Origin: Nitrospinales bacterium
GTDB lineage: Bacteria; Nitrospinota; Nitrospinia; Nitrospinales; VA-1
Direction of reading: 5' to 3'
DNA length: 64,000 nucleotides
Assembly: GCA_965223795.1 (NCBI GenBank)
Contig: CBDCXL010000002.1
Coordinates: forward strand, 1,024,001-1,088,000
Shown here: positions 56,067 through 64,000 of the stretch, piece by piece
How positions within the stretch are numbered: position 1 is the first letter of the stretch
Layout: the number at the start of each line of letters is the position of its first letter
Made by a program: the position numbers and the translations under genes
Notes under the pieces: model-generated
The model's input: the letters and a program-made list of their open reading frames with translations, nothing else
The model's database searches: none
Told to the model about the DNA's origin: nothing

Positions 56067-57284
56067 TCACTCCGCAGCGATCTTCAGAAAGCGTTTTTTC
56101 CCGACCTTGATCAAATAATCCCGTCCGCCTTCCAGTTTCAGATCGGCGTCGGCCACCTTTTCGCCGTTCAAGCTCACGGCACCCTGCTTGATCAGCCGGC
56201 GCGCCGCCGACGTGCTCTCCGTCAGCCCGTTCTCAGTGAGCACCTTGCAGATCCAGCGCGCTTCGCCCTGCCAGGACGGCACCACCGGCACATCGTCGGG
56301 GATCTGTTTTTTCCTGAACACGTTTTCAAATTCCCGTTCGGCGGCGTCTGCCGCATCCTTTGAGTGGTAGCGCGTCACGATCTCTTTGGCGAGCCGCACC
56401 TTGGCGTCTTTGGGGTTGCACTTTCCCGCCTCCGCATCGTTCCTAAGCGCAGCGATCTCCTCCTCGGGCGCATCGCTCAGCAATTCGTAGAACCGCCACA
56501 TCATGGCGTCCGAGATCGACAGCACCTTGCCGAACATCTCCCCCGGAGGGTCGAACACGCCGATGGCGTTGCCCAGGCTCTTGCTCATCTTCTGCACGCC
56601 GTCGGTGCCTTCCAAAAGTGGCATGGTGAGCACGGTCTGCGGCGGCTGCCCGTACTGGCGCTGCAAATCCCGGCCCACGAGCAGGTTGAACTTCTGATCG
56701 GTGCCGCCCAGTTCGACGTCGGCCTTGAGCGCCACCGAATCGTAGCCCTGAATGAGCGGGTAGAGCAGCTCGTGGATGGACACGGGCAGGTTGCTGGCAA
56801 GCCGCTTCTGAAAATCGTCCCGCTCGACCATGCGCGCGACGGTGTACTTCGCGGCCAAGGCGATCATGTCCTGCGAGGTGAACCGGTTCATCCAGTCGCT
56901 GTTTTTCGCGACGGTGGTGCGGTCCTTATCGAGGATGAGATAGACTTGCTCCAGGTAGGTGCGGGCGTTCTGTTCGACCTCTTCGGGGGACAGGCTCTTG
57001 CGCGTTTCGGACTTGCCGGTGGGATCGCCGATCATCGCGGTGAAATCGCCGACCAGAAAGATCACTTCGTGGCCCAGATCCTGGAACTGCTTCATTTTGT
57101 GCAGCAGCACGGTGTGGCCCAGGTGCAGGTCGGGCGCGGTGGGGTCGAAGCCCGCCTTGACTCGGAGCGGTGTGCCTGTTTTAATTGATTTTTTGATTTG
57201 CTCTGCGAGTTCCTTCTCGTCGATGATCTCGGCGGCGCCGCGGCGGATTTTTTTGAGCTGATCTTCGACGGACGGCATGTTCAT
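56067..57284 (-). CDS. tyrS: Tyrosine--tRNA ligase
   Basis: [13 protein letters not shown] (HIGH), [13 protein letters not shown] and S4 domain; start set at 57284. Confidence 0.97.
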   Translation of the reverse strand: MNMPSVEDQLKKIRRGAAEIIDEKELAEQIKKSIKTGTPLRVKAGFDPTAPDLHLGHTVLLHKMKQFQDLGHEVIFLVGDFTAMIGDPTGKSETRKSLSPEEVEQNARTYLEQVYLILDKDRTTVAKNSDWMNRFTSQDMIALAAKYTVARMVERDDFQKRLASNLPVSIHELLYPLIQGYDSVALKADVELGGTDQKFNLLVGRDLQRQYGQPPQTVLTMPLLEGTDGVQKMSKSLGNAIGVFDPPGEMFGKVLSISDAMMWRFYELLSDAPEEEIAALRNDAEAGKCNPKDAKVRLAKEIVTRYHSKDAADAAEREFENVFRKKQIPDDVPVVPSWQGEARWICKVLTENGLTESTSAARRLIKQGAVSLNGEKVADADLKLEGGRDYLIKVGKKRFLKIAAE

Positions 57285-57477
57285 GGCAAATTCGGCCCCA
57301 AAGGGCGCGTTTTGATGGACCTCTGTTGGCTGCTGTGGACGGAGAATCGAGCCGCCGCCCGGTTGAGGGAGAAACTGGAATAGCACACCCGGAGGCAAAC
57401 TGCAAGCGGGCGCTCTTGTGCGCCGCGCCGCCTGCCGGAAGATGCGAGATTCACCGCAATCAATCAGGATGACAAGG

Positions 57478-57843
57478 ATGGACGCTGCCGAAGCGATGGA
57501 TAAGGAAACCGCCGCGAAATACCGCGTGGCGGCGTACGTGTTTCTGGTGCTGAACCTCATTTACGCGGTGTTGGGCTGGCTGTTCATGCCGCCGTTCGCC
57601 GAGGGGATCCCCAAGGAGGTGGTCTGGATTGCGGTGATCGTGATGGTTCTGCTGCTCTTTCCCGTCATTCGCAAAGGGTCCCGGCGCTGGGTGCGGGTGC
57701 TGGCGGTGATCTTTTTCATCCGCTCGGTGGGAACCGGATACGTTCTGGCGACTCAGGAAACGCTTCCGGTTGTGCCCTTTCTGTTCCCCTGCCTGGTGTT
57801 CACATTTTATTTTCTCGGCCGGGCGGGATGGGACTGGCCGTGA
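57478..57843 (+). CDS. Small four-TM membrane protein
   Basis: Four hydrophobic segments; ends RAGWDWP. Confidence 0.7.
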   Translation: MDAAEAMDKETAAKYRVAAYVFLVLNLIYAVLGWLFMPPFAEGIPKEVVWIAVIVMVLLLFPVIRKGSRRWVRVLAVIFFIRSVGTGYVLATQETLPVVPFLFPCLVFTFYFLGRAGWDWP

Positions 57844-57901
57844 GACGCGCCACAGGCCCGTCAGCGGTCCGAAACGCTGCAACTCAATGGAGGGGCGCGT
57901 C

Positions 57902-59425
57902 ATGAAAACGCTCGTGCTCGACGGTGAATCGCTGACTCTCGACGCCGTCCCCCACATCGCCGCCGGCGGCGCGCTGCGCGTCGCGGCCGCGGCCTGCAAA
58001 AAAGTGGATCGATCGCGCGCCGTCATCGAACAGGCGATCCGCGAAGAGGAAAAGGTCTACGGCATCACCACCGGCTTCGGCGCGCTCAGCGATGTGGTGA
58101 TCTCTCCGGCCGACCGCAAAAAACTGCAGAAAAACATTTTGCTCAGCCACGCCGCCGGCGTCGGCCCGCCGCTGCCCGACGCGATCGTGCGGCTGGTGCT
58201 GGCGCTGATGATCAACAGCAAGGCCAAGGGCTATTCCGGAATGCGGCGGGAGACGCTGGAACGGCTGCTCGCTCTCTACAACAGCGGCCTCATCCCGGAA
58301 GTGCCGGTGAAAGGCTCGGTGGGCGCGAGCGGCGACCTGGCGCCGCTGTCGCACCTGTCGCTGCTGCTCATCGGGCGCGGGCGCGCAAAACACAAGGGAC
58401 GCTGGCTTTCCGGTGCGGCGGCGCTCAAGCGCGCGAACCTCAAGCCGGTCACGCTTCAGGAAGGGGAAGGGCTGGCGCTGGTCAACGGCACGCAGGTGAT
58501 GACCGCGTACGCGGCGTGGACGCTGCACCACGCGCGCCGCCTGCAATCGATCGCAGACGTCGCGGCGGCGATGAGCCTTGAGGCGCTGCTGGGATCGAAC
58601 ACGCAGTTCCACGAAAAGATCCACCGCATCCGGCCGCACAAGGGGCAGACCGAATCGGCGGCGAACCTGCGCCGCATCTGCGCCGGCAGCGAGATCATCT
58701 CCTCGCACAAGGACTGCGGCCGCGTGCAGGACGCCTACTCGCTGCGCTGCTCGCCGCAGGTGCACGGCGCCAGCCGCGATGCGGTGCGCTTCGCGCGCGG
58801 CGTCGTCGAAACGGAGATGAACGCGGCGACGGAAAATCCGCTGGTGTTTCCGGACGGCACCATCCTTTCGGGCGGCAACTTTCACGGCGAACCGGTGGCG
58901 CAGGCCTGCGATCACCTCGCCGTGGGCCTTGCGGAGCTGGCGGGCATCGCGGAGCGCCGCATCGAACGCATGGTCAACCCCGCTCTCAGCGGACTGCCCT
59001 CGTTTCTCATCGAGGGCGAAGGGCTCAACTCGGGCTTCATGATCGCACAGTACACGGCGGCGGCGCTGGTTTCGGAGAACAAGGTGCTGGCGCATCCGGC
59101 GTCGGTGGACTCGATCCCCACTTCCGCGAACAAGGAGGACCACGTCAGCATGGGCACGATCGCCGCGCGCAAGGCGGCCGAGGTGCTGGACAACCTGACG
59201 CACGTGCTCGCCATCGAACTTTTGTGCGGCGCGCAGGCGCTGGATGTGTTCACCAATCTCAAACCGGGAAAAGGCACGCTGGCGGCGTACAAGCTTTTGC
59301 GCAAACACGTGACGCACATGGAGCGGGACCGTGAGCTGGCGCCGGACATCGAGACGGCGGCGTCTCTGATCGAAAGCGGCGCGCTGCTCAAGGCGGTCGA
59401 GAAAGCGGCGGGTCCGCTGTCGTGA
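57902..59425 (+). CDS. hutH: Histidine ammonia-lyase
   Basis: YGITTGFG, LLSHAAG, GSVGASGDLAPLSH (MIO), QDAYSLRC, EDHVSMG motifs. Confidence 0.95.
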   Translation: MKTLVLDGESLTLDAVPHIAAGGALRVAAAACKKVDRSRAVIEQAIREEEKVYGITTGFGALSDVVISPADRKKLQKNILLSHAAGVGPPLPDAIVRLVLALMINSKAKGYSGMRRETLERLLALYNSGLIPEVPVKGSVGASGDLAPLSHLSLLLIGRGRAKHKGRWLSGAAALKRANLKPVTLQEGEGLALVNGTQVMTAYAAWTLHHARRLQSIADVAAAMSLEALLGSNTQFHEKIHRIRPHKGQTESAANLRRICAGSEIISSHKDCGRVQDAYSLRCSPQVHGASRDAVRFARGVVETEMNAATENPLVFPDGTILSGGNFHGEPVAQACDHLAVGLAELAGIAERRIERMVNPALSGLPSFLIEGEGLNSGFMIAQYTAAALVSENKVLAHPASVDSIPTSANKEDHVSMGTIAARKAAEVLDNLTHVLAIELLCGAQALDVFTNLKPGKGTLAAYKLLRKHVTHMERDRELAPDIETAASLIESGALLKAVEKAAGPLS

Positions 59426-60552
59426 AGGTCATGGATTCCGCATTCGTCACCACGCCTTCGCGGCTGCCGCTTCTCACCGAGTCCGGCAAAGCCTTTGCCG
59501 GGCTTTCGCATTCCAAATCGCCGGAGCTTGCGGAACGGACGCGCTCGCTGCTCCACCGGCTGGACGATTTGATCGGGTTTCCCGAAACCCACGAGGGCGC
59601 GCGCGCTCAGACCTGCTTCAACCAGCTCGTCCGTGCGGCCTACCCGGAGCTGGCGCTCGACCTTGCGGATCTCATCTACGTGCAGCACGAGCGGCCGGCG
59701 GTGTATCTGAATTTCGATCACATCAACATCAATCTGCGCCGCGAAAACCGGACGATGCCGGAGCCGATGGAGATCCTCAACAAAAGGATGCAGGCGCTGT
59801 TTCTGGATCTCACGCGCACGCTGCGCCGCTACCCGTCTTTATCCGAAGACGCGGAGGTGGTGCGGCTGTTGAGCGAGAGTTACAGTTTCTATCTGCACCA
59901 GACCGGCAATTTCCCCTGGGACGATCCGCTGCCGGAGTTGTCGCCGCTGCCGGACGGGCCGGTGCTGGATGTGGCCACCGGGCTCTCGGGCTTTTCGATG
60001 ATCCACCTGTGGCCGGACACGCACCCGCAGCTGATCCTGACCGACTCGATGCCGTTCGTCGTCGAGGCGCTGACGCATTACCGCGATCTCTCAGGCAAAA
60101 CCAACGTGGACATCCTCAAAGTCGAGTACGGCCGCGAGGACCCTCAAGTTTCGGGGCTGGGCCTGATCCTCGCCAATAAATTTCTGCACCACCTTCAGCG
60201 GCGGCAGCGGCAGCATTTTCTGGACTGGGCGTACGCGAGCCTGAAACCGGGAGCGGCGCTGTCCATCCTCGACACGGACCTGGAACACCACATCCTTAAA
60301 AAATCCCGGCAGCCGGAATTTCTCAACACATTGATCGCGGGGTATCTGGAGACGCTGGTGGAGATCGAAACGGATTTCTGCAAGACGCTGGTGCGGGACA
60401 CGCAGAGCGCGGGGTTCAACGTGCCGCATTTCGATTTCAATCAGTACGAGGACGAAACCGACGCCTACAGCCAGCAGCCGGGGGACAACGTGCGCATCCA
60501 GTTTCTCGGCTTCGAGATCCGCGCGCAAAAACCCGAACTGGAAAAAAACTAA
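59422..60552 (+). CDS. Class I SAM-dependent methyltransferase with uncharacterised N-terminal domain
   Basis: VLDVATGLSG, NKFLHHL and SLKPGA motifs; GTGA overlap with the hutH stop. Confidence 0.75.
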   Translation: MKVMDSAFVTTPSRLPLLTESGKAFAGLSHSKSPELAERTRSLLHRLDDLIGFPETHEGARAQTCFNQLVRAAYPELALDLADLIYVQHERPAVYLNFDHININLRRENRTMPEPMEILNKRMQALFLDLTRTLRRYPSLSEDAEVVRLLSESYSFYLHQTGNFPWDDPLPELSPLPDGPVLDVATGLSGFSMIHLWPDTHPQLILTDSMPFVVEALTHYRDLSGKTNVDILKVEYGREDPQVSGLGLILANKFLHHLQRRQRQHFLDWAYASLKPGAALSILDTDLEHHILKKSRQPEFLNTLIAGYLETLVEIETDFCKTLVRDTQSAGFNVPHFDFNQYEDETDAYSQQPGDNVRIQFLGFEIRAQKPELEKN

Positions 60553-60609
60553 TCCCGCGAGGACGGCGGGCGTAACATGTATTCCTGCCTTGAGGGCTTT
60601 CGCACGCTT

Positions 60610-60662
60610 GCCTGTGGACTTGTGAAAAACCGGGAGACGGTTTTATCACAGCGTCCACAGGC
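60610..60662. repeat. Long imperfect inverted repeat between convergent genes
   Basis: GCCTGTGGAC-TTGTGAAAAACCG-GGAGA-CGGTTTTATCACA-GC-GTCCACAGGC. Confidence 0.7.
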
Positions 60663-60765
60663 GCAACCGCATTGCAATGGGCACTGATCGGGCTTACTGT
60701 TTTTGCAGCGGCGCGTGTCCGTAAATACAGCCGCATTTCAGGCGGACTTGGTTCACACAACAAAT

Positions 60766-61149
60766 TCAGCGGGTTTTGGCGGGCGGCGTTTTGAGGCTGC
60801 GGCGGATGGCTTTCCATTCCTTGTCGGCGGCGCGCAGCGCCGCCGTTTCCATGTCGCGGTACAGGCGGGCCATGCGCACGCCCAGCGGCGTGAGGCGCGC
60901 GCCGCCGCCGCCTTTGCCGCCGGCGGCGCCTTCGACCAGGGGCTGCTTGAAGCAGCGGTTCATGGTGTCCACCATGTCCCAGGCGCGTTTGTAACTCATG
61001 CGGATGTCGCGGGCGGCTTTCGAGATCGAGCCGTTGCGCTCGATGGCTTCGAGCAGATCGATCTTTCCGGGACCGAGGGCGATTTCGTCTCCGGCCAGGA
61101 TGCGGATGCGGGGCTTGATGCCGGTGGCGGATTTCGCGGATTTGCGCAT
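60766..61149 (-). CDS. ModE-family winged-helix regulator (DNA-binding domain only)
   Basis: LGPGKIDLLEAIERNGSISKAARDIRMSYKRAW and GGKGGGGARLT motifs. Confidence 0.9.
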   Translation of the reverse strand: MRKSAKSATGIKPRIRILAGDEIALGPGKIDLLEAIERNGSISKAARDIRMSYKRAWDMVDTMNRCFKQPLVEGAAGGKGGGGARLTPLGVRMARLYRDMETAALRAADKEWKAIRRSLKTPPAKTR

Positions 61150-61169
61150 GACGGGTCCTGGGGCGCCGT

Positions 61170-62024
61170 TCAGCGGGACGTGCGGGCGATCGCCAGCACG
61201 TTGGGAACGGGCCAGGCCAGCACGTTGTCGTCGCTCTCGTACGATCCTGAGGAATAGCTGCCGACGAATTCGAATTCCCGGCTGCCGGACTGAATGAACA
61301 ACTGGGCGTCCTTGCCGCCTTCGACGTACATGGCACGCTTGAGCTTCAGCGGCAGGCGCAGCAGGATGTTGATGAGATCGTGCGTCGAGTAGGGCGAGCG
61401 GGAATGGATGAACAGAAACCGCTCGTTCGCATCCATGCCGATGGCGGCGGTGCTCCAGATTTTTTCCTGCGGCGCCCACACGTTTTTCCCACGGCAGGAC
61501 AGCATGCGGATGCTCTGGATGAGGGAACGGTACTGCCTGCGGATGCGGTCGAAATCCTCGCAGTCGCGGTCGAAGATGCGCGCCGCGGGCAGGGAATGCT
61601 CTTTCGGATCGAACGCGAGCATGGTCTTGTCTTTCGACAGCCAGGAGCTGTTGACGTGGTTGCCGGTGCGCATGTAGGAAACGCTGGTTTTGTTGTCCCT
61701 CTGATACATGCTGGCGTTGATGCCCGCCACCAGGCCGTGGTTTTTCACCCACTCGCGCACGGACCGGCGCTGCGCCGGGTTCTGGGCGGAGGCGTTCAGC
61801 AGGCGGAAGTGAAAATGGCGGGTGTCGATGCGCAGCACCCGGATCAACGAGTCGCCCACCGGCGACTTCTGCGGAGAGCGGAACGCCGCCAGTTCCAGGC
61901 CGGGTTCCAGCGTCCTCCAGGGTCCCGGGGGTTTGGACGCGGCGCCGCCGCTCAAAACGACACCGGCGGCGAGCAGGATGAGCGCCAGGAATCCGAAGGC
62001 AATGCGGGGTGCGGTCTGGGCCAA
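61170..62024 (-). CDS. Phosphodiester glycosidase (NAGPA-like) family exported protein
   Basis: AGINASMY, TAAIG, AMYVEGG and PVPNVL motifs. Start uncertain (TTG 62024; ORF open to 62111). Confidence 0.75.
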   Translation of the reverse strand: MAQTAPRIAFGFLALILLAAGVVLSGGAASKPPGPWRTLEPGLELAAFRSPQKSPVGDSLIRVLRIDTRHFHFRLLNASAQNPAQRRSVREWVKNHGLVAGINASMYQRDNKTSVSYMRTGNHVNSSWLSKDKTMLAFDPKEHSLPAARIFDRDCEDFDRIRRQYRSLIQSIRMLSCRGKNVWAPQEKIWSTAAIGMDANERFLFIHSRSPYSTHDLINILLRLPLKLKRAMYVEGGKDAQLFIQSGSREFEFVGSYSSGSYESDDNVLAWPVPNVLAIARTSR

Positions 62025-62428
62025 GGAGCGTCCTTTAAAAAGGGGCCGGAAACTCAAACCCGTATTTGCAGGCTTTGCTCTGATCCCGCGTTCACCGGAG
62101 CGGAACGGCAAACGGGGAAGGACGGACAGGCGTCGCCTATGTCCCTGAAATCAATAAAAAAACGTATCATTTCTGCCGCGGCATTTCAACACTCAAACCG
62201 GCGGAGCTTCCACCTCACCTGAATGGTTTGCATTTTTGGTCCGTTGAAGCGCATTCTTTTTTGCTGCACCGAAAACAGGTGCCGCAGCCGGTGGCCATGA
62301 ACAACGCCCTGTACGCTCCTGTTTCCGATTGAGGCGGCAGCGCTTTTGATGTTTGTTCGCACCCTTGGGCCAAGAAAAGGAAACGTTTGTTTTTTAGGGC
62401 GTCGCAGGACTTTTTTTTTCCGCACGCA

Positions 62429-62457
62429 TTGATTTTACCGGCGTTTTGTTCCATAAT
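62429..62457 (+). promoter_or_regulatory. Sigma-70-like promoter
   Basis: TTGATT-N17-CATAAT. Confidence 0.5.
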
Positions 62458-62599
62458 ACCGGCGGTTGTCAATCCGATTAAGTGATTTAAGACAAACGAT
62501 TTCAGCCTTGCGGAGTCAAGGAGCCCCGGCCGGGGATAAAGCGTCCCGGTTCCGGGCGGCGATGAGAAGGACCCGGGTATCTTTAAAAAAGGAGTGATT

Positions 62600-62791
62600 A
62601 TGAAAAAGTCAGCGCAAATTTTCATGTTGGTGGCGGTTCTCTTTTCCTTCGGCTGTGCCCAGATGCAGGGTGGCGGAGCCTCGACGGCGGGCGGCGGGTC
62701 CAGCGCACCGGCCAAAAAATCGGGCGGCAAGCAGTTGACCGATGAAGACTTGAAACGCATGGGGATCCAAGAAACCGCAGGCAGCAACTGA
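62600..62791 (+). CDS. Small lipoprotein
   Basis: AAGGAG RBS; lipobox SFGC; ends LTDEDLKRMGI. Confidence 0.75.
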   Translation: MKKSAQIFMLVAVLFSFGCAQMQGGGASTAGGGSSAPAKKSGGKQLTDEDLKRMGIQETAGSN

Positions 62792-63157
62792 TCGCTGAAT
62801 CTCCCTTCTCCCCTTTCCATTCGCTCTATCCCGGAAACACTGCGGAGAAGACCTTTGGCTCCTCGTTGCCCAGGGCGGGGCTGACTCCGGCTCAGTTCAA
62901 CAAACGGTTGATTTTCAAGTTGATTTTCTCGAAACGAAGGGGCCCAGGAGGCGCATCTCCTGTTTGAAGACCGAGACGCGCCGCTCTCAGAATGGGCTGT
63001 TTCCCGGGATTTTCGTGCGGGCCCCCCGCGAAATCGATCCGCACACTCGCGTTTCCAAAAATCCATCCCTTTTTTTAGGGATGGATTTTGTTTTTTGCGC
63101 TTTATACAATGATCCCCTTTTTTCAACCGTTGGGAAACCGGCTACGATCGAGTCACC

Positions 63158-64000
63158 ATGAACGCGTCCCCGCTGACCTCGGGTCCGGTCTTTTCGACCG
63201 ACAACCTGACCAATCTGTTCCACCTCAATGAGCTGTACCGCAACCTCGCCGCGGACGTTTCGCAGCGGCTGTCCGAGGTGCATCCGTTCGACACGCCCAT
63301 CACGTCCGGGATCTGGGGCGGCACCTACCTCATCGCCGATCCCACAGGAAAATCCCGGCGCCGGATCTGGCGGCTGTACTGCATCGCCAACCTTCCGCAA
63401 AACAGTCCGCTGGATGAGCACTCGAACCTGGAGCGGATGGTCAGCTTTTACTGCGACGGGTTCACCGCCGCTCTCAAGCCGTACGGCCTGAAACTCAAGC
63501 TGAAAATGTGGGGCGGACGGCTGCCCTACAGCTGCACGCAAAAACCCAGCATCACCATGCACCTTGAGGATGCCAGCGAAACCGTGCGCTGGCTCCGGGT
63601 GTTTTTCGTCTGGAACCACGTGCCCTGGGAACAGTCCATCATCTACGACACGGTGCGCATCCTGAAAGAGTACAAGGAATTTTTCGACCTGAAGCGGGGT
63701 CCCGTTGTGAAATCGGCGCAGGAGCTGAAGTACCTCCTGCAGGACATCATCATCATTTACCGCACGCTGGAAGAAGCCTGCTCGGAGGATTTCAAAGAAC
63801 ACGCCGATCCCATCATCGAGGATCTGATGAGCCATTTCATGAAGGGACTGAACGACCCTGTCACGATCCAGAGCCTGTATCTCAAGGTGTTCGACAACGC
63901 CCTCATCTACGGTTACCAAGAGGCGCTGGCCGGCCCCTATTCCAAAGACGGCCTGGACATTCAAAAGATCGAATCCTGGCCGGTCGAAAAGATCAACTGG
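63158..64000 (+). CDS. Hypothetical protein (3' truncated by the window edge)
   Basis: Not in the ORF track. ATG 63158 (MNASPLTSGPVFSTDNLTNLFHLNELY...) stays open for 281 codons to the edge with host-like codon usage. Confidence 0.75.
   Translation, partial: MNASPLTSGPVFSTDNLTNLFHLNELYRNLAADVSQRLSEVHPFDTPITSGIWGGTYLIADPTGKSRRRIWRLYCIANLPQNSPLDEHSNLERMVSFYCDGFTAALKPYGLKLKLKMWGGRLPYSCTQKPSITMHLEDASETVRWLRVFFVWNHVPWEQSIIYDTVRILKEYKEFFDLKRGPVVKSAQELKYLLQDIIIIYRTLEEACSEDFKEHADPIIEDLMSHFMKGLNDPVTIQSLYLKVFDNALIYGYQEALAGPYSKDGLDIQKIESWPVEKINW

Noticed and set aside
60766..61752. 328-aa ModE fusion protein
   Set aside because: The upstream part overlaps the NAGPA-like gene out of frame; only 60766-61149 is ModE-like.

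Overview
GC-rich bacterial chromosomal segment. Gene content and style suggest a Gram-negative organism, possibly Nitrospina-like (inference only). No rRNA, tRNA, CRISPR array, prophage or transposase was seen. From left to right: (1) a DUF4402-pilin/chaperone/usher-like pilus operon, truncated at the left edge; (2) a large exported caspase-like/coiled-coil/double FGE-sulfatase-fold protein; (3) a ~20 kb surface-structure and signalling island (8.7-28.9 kb); (4) housekeeping and accessory genes (leuCD, radical SAM, DASS transporter, aroDE, TMTC-like protein); (5) a flagellar satellite cluster (FlgN, an unusual FliD, sigma-28 promoters, a flagellin-like gene broken by an 11-bp insertion, a FleQ-like activator); (6) mnmE-yidC-yidD-rnpA-rpmH with no adjacent dnaA; and (7) tyrS, hutH and others. 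The island holds a membrane-bound CHASE2 sigma-54 activator and four tandem curlin-repeat (CsgA/B-like) genes. Each of the four has its own near-identical sigma-54 promoter, CCATGCATGG upstream palindrome and terminator. It also holds a co-regulated unknown secreted protein, a divergent csgG-like gene followed by two chimeric curlin-repeat genes, and a Crp + CHASE2 cyclase + FecR + TPR/beta-barrel module. This sigma-54-controlled multi-curlin amyloid locus is the best candidate for an undescribed system. Two candidate sRNAs (one sigma-54, one sigma-28 antisense) were also found by eye. All functional calls come from motif recognition, not database searches.
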